Position numbers and translations under genes: made by a program. The notes below the pieces were generated by a model. The model was not told the origin of the DNA and searched no databases. It saw only the letters and a program-made list of their open reading frames with translations. From contig CAXBIQ010000006.1 of assembly GCA_963975935.1 (NCBI GenBank), positions 84,493 through 148,492 of the forward strand: DNA of 64,000 nucleotides, given 5' to 3'. Below are positions 30,244 through 39,482 of this stretch, piece after piece; the stretch's first letter is position 1; every line of letters starts with the position of its first letter. The stretch comes from an uncultured Flavobacteriaceae bacterium. Lineage in GTDB: Bacteria; Bacteroidota; Bacteroidia; Flavobacteriales; Flavobacteriaceae.

Positions 30244-32193
30244 ATGAGCAGCAAAAACGAATTTGAAAACATCGCATTTGACCTTCCGAAGAACCAGTCC
30301 AATGTCATTAAGGTAATTGGCGTTGGCGGCGGTGGAAGCAATGCCATCAATCATATGTTCCAGCAGGGAATAAAAGGAGTGGATTTTGTGATTTGTAATA
30401 CAGATTCACAAGCACTTGAAAACAGCCCCGTGCCCATTAAAATCCAGTTGGGAGTCTCTTTGACCGAAGGACTGGGGGCAGGAGCAAACCCTGAAATTGG
30501 TAAAGATGCCGCTATTGAAAGTATGGATGAGATTAAATCCATGTTATCCACAAATACCAAGATGATTTTTATCACTGCGGGAATGGGTGGGGGAACCGGA
30601 ACAGGAGCCGCTCCCATTATCGCTAAAATGGCTAAAGAACTGGATGTGCTTACGGTGGGGATTGTGACAATTCCGTTTCAGTTTGAAGGCAAAATGCGTA
30701 ATGACCAGGCACAAATAGGTGTGGAGAACTTACGCAGAAATGTTGATTCGCTCATCGTTATCAACAACAACAAATTAAGGGAAGTCTACGGCAATCTTGG
30801 CTTTAAGGCCGGCTTTTCAAAAGCAGATGAAGTTTTGGCAACCGCTTCACGTGGGATCGCCGAGGTAATTACACACCACTATACCCAAAACATTGACTTG
30901 CGTGATGCCAGAACAGTTCTTGCAAACAGCGGGACTGCGATTATGGGTAGTGCCACCGCAGTGGGTTCAAATCGTGCACACGAGGCCATTACTAAAGCAC
31001 TTGATTCGCCTTTATTGAATGATAACAAAATTTCCGGAGCTAAAAATGTATTGCTGCTCATTGTTTCCGGAGGAGAAGAAATTACCATTGACGAAATAGG
31101 CGAAATAAGTGACCACATTCAAAATGAAGCCGGTCACGGTGCCAATATCATTATGGGTGTGGGAGAAGATGAAAGTTTGGATAATGCCATTTCCGTTACG
31201 GTTATTGCTACAGGTTTTAATGCTGAGCAACAAAATGAAATTGTCAATACTGAAACCAAAAAAATTATTCACACCCTGGAAGACGAACAGGCTGCTGAGC
31301 ACGTTTTGGTATCTAAAAAGAACCCCTCTTCAAACACACCTAAAGCTGAGGAAAGTACCAAGCCTGAAGCACCCGTTATAAAACACACCCTGTTTGATGA
31401 CGAAGCGGAAGATGAAGGTCCGGTTCCCAAGAATTTTGAAGGGTATATTCCCACTTCAGAATTCCTGAAGAATATTACTGTTTCCTATGAAGAAGTAGTT
31501 GTGGATAACATGGATAGTTTTGATCAGGAATATGTAAACAAGATGGAAGTCAATGACTTTATCATTGTTGAAGCGATTTCAGAAAAAGAGGCCCCAAAAG
31601 CACCTGAAGAGAAGGAAGATAAAAATCAAATGTTAATGTTTGATATGCCTTTAAATAAAGTGAACGATAAAGAAGAAGAGGACAATAATGTAAATGAAAT
31701 TGAAGTTAAAGATTCCATTGAAATCATTCCTGTTACTGAAGTTTCTGAAGAAGGTGAAAAAAGATACAGTTTAGATGACTATCAGGAAATGGAAGATATG
31801 TTAACCGGGTCAAAAAAATCAAAAGATAAAATTAAAAACGATGAACCTGTTGATGAAGAACTTGTTTTTGAAAAACGTACGGTTTCAGAAAGTCAGGAAA
31901 AGAATGAAAGTGAAGAAGCAGACCCGATGAATACATCCATTTCAGATTTACTGAAAAGGCGCACCGAAGAGCGCAAGCAAAAAATGAAAGCGTTCAATTA
32001 TAAGTTCAACAATCAGTCTGTATCCCGCATTGATGAACTTGAAAAACAACCTGCATACAAGCGTCTGGGTATAGACCTGAATGAAACTAAAGGTGATGGC
32101 AGTAAAATATCAAGAACAACGCTGTCAACAGACGAAAATGACGAAATACAATTGCGTAGCAACAATTCATTTTTACACGATAATGTAGATTAA
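30244..32193 (+). CDS. ftsZ: Cell-division GTPase FtsZ with long acidic C-terminal linker
   Basis: Tubulin signature [10 protein letters not shown]. About 320 aa of low-complexity Glu/Asp/Lys linker precede a conserved C-terminal peptide (SFLHDNVD). Confidence 0.95.
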   Translation: MSSKNEFENIAFDLPKNQSNVIKVIGVGGGGSNAINHMFQQGIKGVDFVICNTDSQALENSPVPIKIQLGVSLTEGLGAGANPEIGKDAAIESMDEIKSMLSTNTKMIFITAGMGGGTGTGAAPIIAKMAKELDVLTVGIVTIPFQFEGKMRNDQAQIGVENLRRNVDSLIVINNNKLREVYGNLGFKAGFSKADEVLATASRGIAEVITHHYTQNIDLRDARTVLANSGTAIMGSATAVGSNRAHEAITKALDSPLLNDNKISGAKNVLLLIVSGGEEITIDEIGEISDHIQNEAGHGANIIMGVGEDESLDNAISVTVIATGFNAEQQNEIVNTETKKIIHTLEDEQAAEHVLVSKKNPSSNTPKAEESTKPEAPVIKHTLFDDEAEDEGPVPKNFEGYIPTSEFLKNITVSYEEVVVDNMDSFDQEYVNKMEVNDFIIVEAISEKEAPKAPEEKEDKNQMLMFDMPLNKVNDKEEEDNNVNEIEVKDSIEIIPVTEVSEEGEKRYSLDDYQEMEDMLTGSKKSKDKIKNDEPVDEELVFEKRTVSESQEKNESEEADPMNTSISDLLKRRTEERKQKMKAFNYKFNNQSVSRIDELEKQPAYKRLGIDLNETKGDGSKISRTTLSTDENDEIQLRSNNSFLHDNVD

Positions 32194-32235
32194 CCTTAAA
32201 GCAATTAAGAGTAAGTTTAGTGTTAGATTTGCTTC

Positions 32236-32279
32236 AAAACCCCCGATAGTAACTTGTTGCTGTGGGGGTTTATTTTTTA
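32236..32279 (+). terminator. Intrinsic terminator of the dcw cluster
   Basis: AAAACCCCC ... GGGGGTTT stem followed by ATTTTTT. Confidence 0.65.
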
Positions 32280-32325
32280 TGGATTTTTGACGTATATTCG
32301 CAGTCCAAAATTAAAATAAATACAG

Positions 32326-32775
32326 ATGAGTTTGCAAGAGAATGTAATGACGGCTATGAAAGATGCCATGAAAAGCAAAGATGCCAATGCATTAACCTCA
32401 TTGCGTGCCATTAAATCTGAGCTTTTGCTGGCACAAACAGAAACGGGTTCCAAAGAAGAACTGACTGAAGAACAGGAAATTAAAATCCTTCAAAAACTGG
32501 TCAAGCAACGCAAGGAAAGTGCTGCTATATTCCAGGAACAAGGAAGAGAAGACCTGGCACAACCGGAATTGGATCAAGCTGCCGTTATTGAAAAATTCCT
32601 GCCGGAGCAAATGAGTGAGGAAGAGGTTGCTAAAGTTGTAGATGCTATGATAGCTAAAACCGGTGCCGGTTCCATGAAAGATATGGGAATGGTTATGGGG
32701 ATGGTCAATAAAGAAATCGCCGGTAAAGCAGATGGAAAGACCGTTGCGATGCTTGTGAAACAGAAATTAAGTTAA
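32326..32775 (+). CDS. GatB/YqeY domain protein
   Basis: 149-aa protein with the YqeY-like pattern (LRAIKSELLLAQ..., KDMGMVMGMV). Confidence 0.8.
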   Translation: MSLQENVMTAMKDAMKSKDANALTSLRAIKSELLLAQTETGSKEELTEEQEIKILQKLVKQRKESAAIFQEQGREDLAQPELDQAAVIEKFLPEQMSEEEVAKVVDAMIAKTGAGSMKDMGMVMGMVNKEIAGKADGKTVAMLVKQKLS

Positions 32776-32787
32776 TAATTTTAATGA

Positions 32788-32839
32788 GATTCCCGCTTTA
32801 CTACTTTGCTAAAGCTTCATAGTACAAAGTCGCGGGAAT
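32788..32839. repeat. GATTCCCGC ... GCGGGAAT hairpin with 35-nt loop (REP-like element, copy a)
   Basis: A 9-bp GC-rich stem, the same stem as at 32945-32965. It is followed by the same ATGTGAGGC...GTAGTTCAACTGAATAG sequence. Confidence 0.6.
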
Positions 32840-32845
32840 ATGTGA

Positions 32846-32900
32846 GGCTTCGTAGTTCAACTGAATAGTCCGCCTTTGGCGGATCGGTTTTGAGGGTTTT
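32846..32900 (+). pseudogene. Truncated tRNA-like copy (5' acceptor and D-arm only)
   Basis: GGCTTCGTAGTTCAACTGAATAG matches the first 23 nt of the tRNA at 32970 in 21 of 23 positions. The rest does not fold into anticodon, T or acceptor arms. Confidence 0.4.
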
Positions 32901-32944
32901 GAGAAAGAAGTATAAAAGAAAATATTTGAAAGATTGATTAATAA

Positions 32945-32965
32945 GATTCCCGCCTTCGCGGGAAT
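32945..32965. repeat. GATTCCCGC-CTTC-GCGGGAAT hairpin (REP-like element, copy b) 4 nt upstream of the tRNA
   Basis: Perfect 9-bp stem with a tetraloop. Confidence 0.6.
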
Positions 32966-32969
32966 GTGA

Positions 32970-33043
32970 GGCCGCGTAGTTCAACTGAATAGAATATCAG
33001 ATTTCGGCTCTGAGGGTTGGGGGTTTGAATCCCTCCGCGGTCA
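32970..33043 (+). tRNA. tRNA-Arg(UCG)-like gene with non-canonical D- and T-loops, no encoded CCA
   Basis: Hand-folded cloverleaf. Acceptor arm is GGCCGCG/CGCGGTC, D arm GTTC-AACTGAATA-GAAT, and anticodon arm TCAGA-TTTCGGC-TCTGA with anticodon TCG at 33004-33006. The variable region is GGGTT and the T arm is GGGGG-TTTGAAT-CCCTC. The D-loop has GA instead of GG, and the T-loop has TTT instead of TTC. Confidence 0.65.
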
Positions 33044-33050
33044 CGAATAA

Positions 33051-33106
33051 ATGTTGCAAAAAGAAAAAACGCCAAGTTTACTTGAGCGTTTTTTTGTTTG
33101 CAACAT
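33051..33106. terminator. Long bidirectional terminator hairpin after the tRNA
   Basis: An outer inverted repeat ATGTTGCAAA/TTTGCAACAT encloses AAAAAACGCCAAGT-TT-ACTTG(A)GCGTTTTTTT, giving more than 20 bp in total with A- and T-runs on both sides. Confidence 0.6.
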
Positions 33107-33147
33107 TTTCAAAGCGGAGCCTTGAGGGATCACCGCAGGTAATCCTT

Positions 33148-33172
33148 GAGCCAAGTTTACTTGAGCTTTTTT
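33148..33172. terminator. Second copy of the CCAAGTTTACTTGAGC terminator hairpin
   Basis: GAGCCAAGT-TT-ACTTG(A)GCTT followed by TTTTTT. It lies 79 nt after the first copy, downstream of the convergent gene ending at 33252. Confidence 0.5.
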
Positions 33173-33251
33173 GTGTGCAACATTTCTCATCACGAACATG
33201 TTCGGGGGGAACTTGTAGGGATCACCACAGTGAGAAGCAATAAATTTATCA

Positions 33252-35021
33252 TTAATCAATTGTAGGTTTTTCCTTTACTACAAATGGTTTTGTAACAGAT
33301 ACTGCTTGCCCATCATCAGAGAAACCCTCTATGACGATTTCATAAATTCCCTCGTTATCTGAGGTGTAAAAATTGAATTTATATTCACTGGATTGAATTT
33401 TTAATTTTGGTTCCCAAAGGAGTTGTGACCTGTAATCGGGCAATCTGTCATATGATATATTTTCTAAATTATAGTTTTGTTTAAAATATTCTTTTCGGTA
33501 CTCAGGCCTAAAGTGATTGAAGGAAAGGATTTCTATATCTTCATTTTCTTCATAGAAGTTTTTATCAAATGTTTCGATCACTATAATACCCTGAAAAAAA
33601 TCTCCTTGATAGAAATATTTATCTCTGAATAATTTAATTTTTTTAATTTGAAAAGCATTTAAGTCATACAAAATATGGTGATCTTGTATGAATAAACCAT
33701 CGACCATTACTAATGGTGCCTCATAATGAAATAATTCAACATAACCTTTCACTTTCAAACGATACTCACTGTCTTTAGATTGGTTTTTTTCAAACCAACT
33801 GTGTTTAACTATTTCAGTCATGGTTTCCTGAAGGGTAGGAAAACGGGTATAGTCATCTAAATTGTATGTAGTAAAAACTGCTCCATAAATATCTTTGTCA
33901 GGGTTGTGAATTACTACCGGGGTATCTTGCCTCAAGGACGAATAGCTGTCTTCAATTTGGGTTTTTATACTTCTCTCTATGATTTTTTCCTTTTTTCCTT
34001 TGTTAACTTTGAGTTTTTCAAAATTTAAAAATGAAAAATCAATTTCTTCCTGTTTATCTATTTGTATGCTGAATTTGTCACGATCTGGTCCCAAAATCTG
34101 GAGAAATACTTTATTGGATATATAGTCTTCATCAATATTAAAGGTAAAATGACCTTCTTTATTTGTATTGCTTATTTTTAGTACAGTACTTTCTTCAGGA
34201 ATAGATAAAACAATACTTTGATAATCTACAGACAATCCTTCTGTTTTTGGTGTAATTTTTCCCGAGAGTACTTCACCATCTAGTTCTGGTTGCATTTTTA
34301 TTTTAGAATTTAAAGCATTTGTATTGATAGGGTCTACATGATTATGGTGTATATCCGGTTTTTTGATATGGATAATATCATCTTTTTTCCTTACTGAAAC
34401 AGAATATACCCCATTCCATTTGAAATCATTATTAATGAGTTTAACATTTACATCTTCTCTCAAAGAATAATGCGTTTTTAAAAGTTCCATTTGAAAAAAA
34501 GCATCTTTATTTTGAATGTATTCAGAGGGTGGTTTTCTTGGAATAGAATCTTCCTGTACAACCGTTGTTAATTTTTCATCTAAGGGCATATATGGGTTTA
34601 GGATGCCCAAATCTGCAATAAAAAACCTATCAGTCTCTTGATTGAAGGTCAAAGCTGTGTAGGCAATCAATTTATACTGACCACTTGGAATAGAGGTGGG
34701 GATTAAAAAATCTGAGAACCCCTCGCCTTTGATTAATTTTATTTTCTGTTTAGACAAAATATTATTATTATCTCCAACGATTGTTACATAAGCAATTTTA
34801 CTGTCATTACCGGGACTATTAGTCTCCTTATTCAGACAATAAACTTTAAAATAGAGACGCTCTCCGCTAAAAAGGCTTGTGGAACTTAAGTGAACATATA
34901 CTTTTTCTTCCGGAACCTTGTGTGTTTTATTTGCGGTAGTAAATTGATTTAAACCAAATGATTTTCCAAATATGGTTAAAGCAATTAAAAGTATAATATA
35001 ATTGTATGGAAGCGTTTTCAT
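33252..35021 (-). CDS. Secreted hypothetical protein (N-terminal region weakly reminiscent of macroglobulin/MG2-type beta-sandwich)
   Basis: Signal peptide and a 589-aa ORF, the last gene of the TonB-receptor operon. The motif VYVHLSSTSLFSGERLYFKVYCL...SGQYKLIAYT recalls MG2-like domains. This is a weak recollection and is not verified. Confidence 0.6.
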   Translation of the reverse strand: MKTLPYNYIILLIALTIFGKSFGLNQFTTANKTHKVPEEKVYVHLSSTSLFSGERLYFKVYCLNKETNSPGNDSKIAYVTIVGDNNNILSKQKIKLIKGEGFSDFLIPTSIPSGQYKLIAYTALTFNQETDRFFIADLGILNPYMPLDEKLTTVVQEDSIPRKPPSEYIQNKDAFFQMELLKTHYSLREDVNVKLINNDFKWNGVYSVSVRKKDDIIHIKKPDIHHNHVDPINTNALNSKIKMQPELDGEVLSGKITPKTEGLSVDYQSIVLSIPEESTVLKISNTNKEGHFTFNIDEDYISNKVFLQILGPDRDKFSIQIDKQEEIDFSFLNFEKLKVNKGKKEKIIERSIKTQIEDSYSSLRQDTPVVIHNPDKDIYGAVFTTYNLDDYTRFPTLQETMTEIVKHSWFEKNQSKDSEYRLKVKGYVELFHYEAPLVMVDGLFIQDHHILYDLNAFQIKKIKLFRDKYFYQGDFFQGIIVIETFDKNFYEENEDIEILSFNHFRPEYRKEYFKQNYNLENISYDRLPDYRSQLLWEPKLKIQSSEYKFNFYTSDNEGIYEIVIEGFSDDGQAVSVTKPFVVKEKPTID

Positions 35022-35032
35022 AGTAAGAATAT

Positions 35033-36253
35033 TTAATCAATCCAAAAATCGGGTTCAACGTTTGTGCCTGAAGCAGTACAATCTCCACATTCTCTTCTAA
35101 CAACTTTGTACGGTCCCTCACCAGGTTGTGGCTCTAAATTGTCTTCATAATATTTAACTCGGTTGCTTGTAACAAAAGTACTCAAGTAGCAAAGCCCGGC
35201 CCTGCTTAGTAATGGTGGTGAGGACACTTGGCATGGTATAATAGGGTAGGGCTCCCCGGGAAATAAATCATCCCAATTAAAAAAATATCTCAACTGGCTT
35301 ACTGCTGAGACAGAGAAAAAACCAATTACTTTTTCATTAGGAGAGCTAATAGAATTTAAATTACCTTCAACAAATCCTGACTGAATTTGAAAGAAAAGGT
35401 TTCCCTCTTCACTTAATTCGTTTCTTTTTTTAAAATAATTATAAGCATTTGAGGTAATCACAAATTGTTTTAATAAAATGCTATACCGATGCGCTATGAT
35501 GGTGTTGTCTTTTTTTATGAATTTAACTTCAAAATTACTTAGCTGGTCTTGTTCTAAACTTAAAGTTTCAGTTACAATAATTTCTATTGAAGATTCAGTA
35601 TTATAGCAGATTCTTTCTTCTTGTTGCTTTACAGTCTTTATAACATTACAATTTTCAGGATCTTCTTCATCTTCAGCGATTAACTCATTATATCTCCAGA
35701 GTGGGGCAATAATTTTATAAGTTTCTTCATATTCAAAACGGAAATAATTTGCATTTCCAGTGGGGCTAACGTTGCTAACCTGAATAGATACACCGTTTTC
35801 TCCAAGTCCAGTAGTCTCAGCAATGGCATTCACTTCCGAAATTTCTGAAACGGGGGTTAATTGTTCTGGTGTTGAGCTAAATTCCCTGCCATCTTGAGTT
35901 TGGATGTATAAAGTATACTCAATATCTGGTTGTGCTTCAAAAGCTTGCGTTGATAAATATGTTCCTGGTGAATCTTCGGTAAAAGTATAGGTGGGTGTGC
36001 CATCTACAAGGACTTGAACTAATGCTCCTGACTCAAAAGCTGGCCCGTCCTCTTCAAACTCAAATGAATTTGATAAAAGAATTTCATGTTTTTTGTATTC
36101 ATTTGTGATAGTGCCTTCTATGACCAGAATACGCTCAAAGCTTTCAGTATTTAATTCAATTTCTTCCACACAACCACAAAAAGCTAAAACCAAGCCGATG
36201 GCTAAATAACTAGATAGGCACGTCAATTTTTTATATAACTGTAATTTTCTCAT
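35033..36253 (-). CDS. DUF4249-like lipoprotein
   Basis: Lipoprotein signal (LVLAFCGC). Its size and position immediately downstream of a CarboxypepD_reg-type TonB-dependent receptor are typical of DUF4249 partners in Bacteroidota. Confidence 0.6.
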   Translation of the reverse strand: MRKLQLYKKLTCLSSYLAIGLVLAFCGCVEEIELNTESFERILVIEGTITNEYKKHEILLSNSFEFEEDGPAFESGALVQVLVDGTPTYTFTEDSPGTYLSTQAFEAQPDIEYTLYIQTQDGREFSSTPEQLTPVSEISEVNAIAETTGLGENGVSIQVSNVSPTGNANYFRFEYEETYKIIAPLWRYNELIAEDEEDPENCNVIKTVKQQEERICYNTESSIEIIVTETLSLEQDQLSNFEVKFIKKDNTIIAHRYSILLKQFVITSNAYNYFKKRNELSEEGNLFFQIQSGFVEGNLNSISSPNEKVIGFFSVSAVSQLRYFFNWDDLFPGEPYPIIPCQVSSPPLLSRAGLCYLSTFVTSNRVKYYEDNLEPQPGEGPYKVVRRECGDCTASGTNVEPDFWID

Positions 36254-36256
36254 TTG

Positions 36257-38998
36257 TTAAAATTTAAAATTGTATGTAATTGTAGGTACAGGCACTGAAA
36301 AAATAGAACTTTGATACGCCTTGATGTCTCCATCTTCAGTTACAAAAAATACTGAGAAAGGATTATTCCTTCCTAGAACGTTGTATATTGAGATGTTCCA
36401 AAAGCTATGTGCAAATTTTTTAATTTTATGATTCCCTTCCATGTTAAAACCAATGTCTAAACGATAAAAATCAGGAATTCTAAATTGATTTCTATCACTG
36501 TATAATACATATTGAGAGCCTCCTTCTTGAAATGCTCCCACAGGAAATGTAACAGGTCTTCCGGTCTGATATACAAAGTTTCCTGAAAAACTATACCTTT
36601 TAGTGAGCTTATAATTTAAAACCAAACTAAAATCATGGGGTTTATCGTAGTTTGAAGGGAAATAATTTCCATTATTTACTTGTTCTTCAGAAAATTCACT
36701 GGCTAGTTTAAACAGGGTGCGTGAATACGTATAACCCAACCATCCATTGAGTTTTCCTTCATTTTTCTTCACTAAAAATTCAACGCCATAAGACTTTCCG
36801 GGTCCCTGAAGTACTTCCGTTTCAACAAATTCATTTAAGAGTAATTGTCCCCCCACTTTATAGTCCAGTATGTTATTTAATTTTTTGTAATAACCTTCTA
36901 TACTAAGTTCATAAAGATTGTTTTTTATATTTTTAAAGACACCCAAAGAATATTGCTGTCCTCTTTGCGGTTTAATATGAGTGTCTGATAACTTCCACGT
37001 ATCCAGAGGAGAAGCAGTGGTGTTGTTTGAGAGCGTATGAATGTATTGTAATGTATTGTTATAAGATGCTTTCAGGGATAAAGATGGAGATAGTAAATAT
37101 CTTGCAGATGCTCTTATTTCCAGTCCACTATGTGTCTCTACGAGTTCGTTTTTATCATAATGAACTGTATCCAAAACTGTCGAATTATTTAAAGGTTGAC
37201 CCGGAATATATGTGCGTTGACTGTTTTCCCCCAATAAATTAAACATAGAGTATCTTAATCCGGCATCAATAGATAACTCTTCAGTAAGCTTCCACTCATC
37301 AGATATGTAGAGTGCAGACTCCAGCCCCTGCTCTTTATCCACTGAAAAAGTCTCGATTTCAGAGGTTTGACCTAACGGGTTAACTTCTCCCGGATTAATA
37401 CTATACAGTTTTGAAGAGATTCCCATTTCAAGACGGTGTGATGTGTTTATTTGAGTATTGAAATCATATTTTATTTCGGTTTCATTTAAATCAAACCCAA
37501 ATTCAAAATCTCCTGTTGTTTGTTTGTCAAAATCGATCCCATACTTATACTGACTATAGGCTAAAGAAAGGTTTCCATTGGTTTTATCGTTGTATTTATG
37601 AGCCCAACTTAAAGAGGCTAAAGAATTGCTGTATGAGTACAAAGAATCGATTGTAATATTAAAAACATCATTGCTGTGATATCCGGTCATCATCAGCTTA
37701 TTTTTTTCGTTTATTTTATGGTTGTATTTAACAATTACGTCATAAAATGAAGCTGTTGTATTATTCAGGGTTTCATCATCAAGAGTTTTTAAAATCCAAT
37801 CTGAATATGACCCTCTGGCACCCACCATTAAACCTGCTTTGTCTTTAATTAGTGGTGTCTCCAGTGTTATATTACCCGTCACGGGACCTATTGAAACTTC
37901 TCCTTTGAATTTATCGGTACTGGCGTCCTTTGTGGTCATTTCAATGACTGATGAGAGTCTTCCGCCAAACCGTGCTGGGATACTTCCTTTATAAATTTCA
38001 GCTTTAGCTGTTGTAAACGGATTAATAGCAGAAAATATTCCAAAAAAATGTGATGGGTTATAAATTACTCCCCCATCTAGCAGAAATAGATTTTGATCTG
38101 TTTTTCCACCTCTTATATTGTAGCCCAAAGAGGCTTCCCCGGCAGTACTTATTCCCGGCAAAGTAGTTGCTACTTTTAATATATCCCTTTCCCCCAGTAC
38201 CAAGGGGATATTCTTGATTTGTTCTACTTCTATTTTCGAAATTCCGCTTAGGGTTTGTCTTACATTGGCTTGGGCGTTTGATTTTAATAAGATTTCATCC
38301 AGTAATTCCATTCCTTCATTCATTAAAAGATTTAAGTTGCCACTGCTGTAAATAAGCACTTCCACTTTTAAAGTTTCCATACCCAAAGCCTGTATTTTAA
38401 TAGTGTTTAATCCTCTTTTAAGGGACAATGAGTAATATCCTTCCTGGTTTGTTGTGGTATATACAGACGTCCCTTCAACATTTATAGTGCTTTGACTTAG
38501 TGGCTCACCTGTTTTTTGATTGGTTATGATGCCACTTAAAGTGTAAGTGTCAGCAATCATCATTGCATTTTCTTTTCCAATAACCACTGTTTCAGATTTT
38601 TTTGAATCTGATAAGAAACTATTTTTTTGAAGTATGGGAGTTACTAATTCTGATGGTTTTTCACTCTCTTCATTATTAAAAAAATTGTCAGGCAATTCTT
38701 TAAAAATAAAATTTCCTTTAGTTAAAATGATTTTGTTATTTAACAATGTATAGTTGAGGGGCGTCTTTGAGAAAAAGGAATCTAAAAGTTCATTTATATC
38801 ATTGCCTTCAAAGGTGCCGGTTACAACTTCATTTAAAACCCATTCTTTTTGATAATAAAATTTATAAGACGTAGCATTTTCAATTTCATCCAAAGCTTTC
38901 TCAAGTGAAACACTTTCAAATGAGAATTTTAAACTTTCCTGAGAATAGGTTAAAAGAGAGATGCTTAAAAATAAAAGGTTGAGTATTATATGTTTCAT
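36257..38998 (-). CDS. TonB-dependent outer-membrane receptor with N-terminal STN-like signalling extension and CarboxypepD_reg domain
   Basis: After the signal peptide comes an STN-like segment (LKFSFESVSLEKALDEIENATSYKFYY). A carboxypeptidase-regulatory-like domain (LSGIITNQKTGEPL...) and a plug follow. The protein ends in a long beta-barrel with a terminal aromatic residue (TYNFKF). Confidence 0.85.
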   Translation of the reverse strand: MKHIILNLLFLSISLLTYSQESLKFSFESVSLEKALDEIENATSYKFYYQKEWVLNEVVTGTFEGNDINELLDSFFSKTPLNYTLLNNKIILTKGNFIFKELPDNFFNNEESEKPSELVTPILQKNSFLSDSKKSETVVIGKENAMMIADTYTLSGIITNQKTGEPLSQSTINVEGTSVYTTTNQEGYYSLSLKRGLNTIKIQALGMETLKVEVLIYSSGNLNLLMNEGMELLDEILLKSNAQANVRQTLSGISKIEVEQIKNIPLVLGERDILKVATTLPGISTAGEASLGYNIRGGKTDQNLFLLDGGVIYNPSHFFGIFSAINPFTTAKAEIYKGSIPARFGGRLSSVIEMTTKDASTDKFKGEVSIGPVTGNITLETPLIKDKAGLMVGARGSYSDWILKTLDDETLNNTTASFYDVIVKYNHKINEKNKLMMTGYHSNDVFNITIDSLYSYSNSLASLSWAHKYNDKTNGNLSLAYSQYKYGIDFDKQTTGDFEFGFDLNETEIKYDFNTQINTSHRLEMGISSKLYSINPGEVNPLGQTSEIETFSVDKEQGLESALYISDEWKLTEELSIDAGLRYSMFNLLGENSQRTYIPGQPLNNSTVLDTVHYDKNELVETHSGLEIRASARYLLSPSLSLKASYNNTLQYIHTLSNNTTASPLDTWKLSDTHIKPQRGQQYSLGVFKNIKNNLYELSIEGYYKKLNNILDYKVGGQLLLNEFVETEVLQGPGKSYGVEFLVKKNEGKLNGWLGYTYSRTLFKLASEFSEEQVNNGNYFPSNYDKPHDFSLVLNYKLTKRYSFSGNFVYQTGRPVTFPVGAFQEGGSQYVLYSDRNQFRIPDFYRLDIGFNMEGNHKIKKFAHSFWNISIYNVLGRNNPFSVFFVTEDGDIKAYQSSIFSVPVPTITYNFKF

Positions 38999-39482
38999 AA
39001 AAAAATATATTTCTTAAATATTTTAGGATAACTGAAACGTTTTTAATTCATTAAAAAAATACTTGTCATTAAAAATACTTACAACTAAAGATAATGATGG
39101 AATATGCATTTTTTTAACTAAATAATACTCAATATTACAGTATGTTTTTAGTTCACGCAATATTTGATAACATAGATTTATAAATTTAAACCCTGATTTT
39201 ATAAATTCAAACTCGTTATATTTTCTGAAACCCTGTTTTTATAGTTTAACTTTTATAAAGTCTGGAACAACAGTTGCCAGAGCTTTTAGTTTTAAAATCT
39301 ATAATGACTTTTGCATTCCAAAGTAGTCCTCCAAAGTGCTATACTATCAACAAAAATTTCAAAAGTGTTAAAACTTCAAGTAAATAGCATCTATTTTAGC
39401 TTAAAAGAAATGTGTGATATTTTGTTAAGATATTGAAGATGGCTTTTTTTAAGTGAAAGGATAACAACCTGACCATCTTTAT

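Noticed and set aside
31200-32193. Very long acidic, low-complexity C-terminal half of FtsZ (649 aa in total)
   Set aside because: The frame is continuous and ends in the conserved C-terminal peptide. Long disordered FtsZ linkers are, to my knowledge, common in Bacteroidota, so this is not anomalous.
16809-32193. dcw cluster lacks murF, ddl and murB and has many 4-14-nt gene overlaps
   Set aside because: This gene order and the tight overlaps are the usual Bacteroidota arrangement. It is not evidence of deletion or rearrangement.
33025-33259. Two 72-aa ORFs (both strands) covering the tRNA 3' end and the repeat/terminator region
   Set aside because: They run through a tRNA and terminator hairpins and have Lys/Cys-rich nonsense composition. 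The region is better explained as RNA and repeat structure.
32788-39000. Possible integrated mobile element or prophage at the tRNA
   Set aside because: No integrase, excisionase, transposase or phage genes occur anywhere in the window, and I found no direct repeat of the tRNA 3' end. Only the compositional shift and local duplications remain, and these are reported as separate low-key findings.
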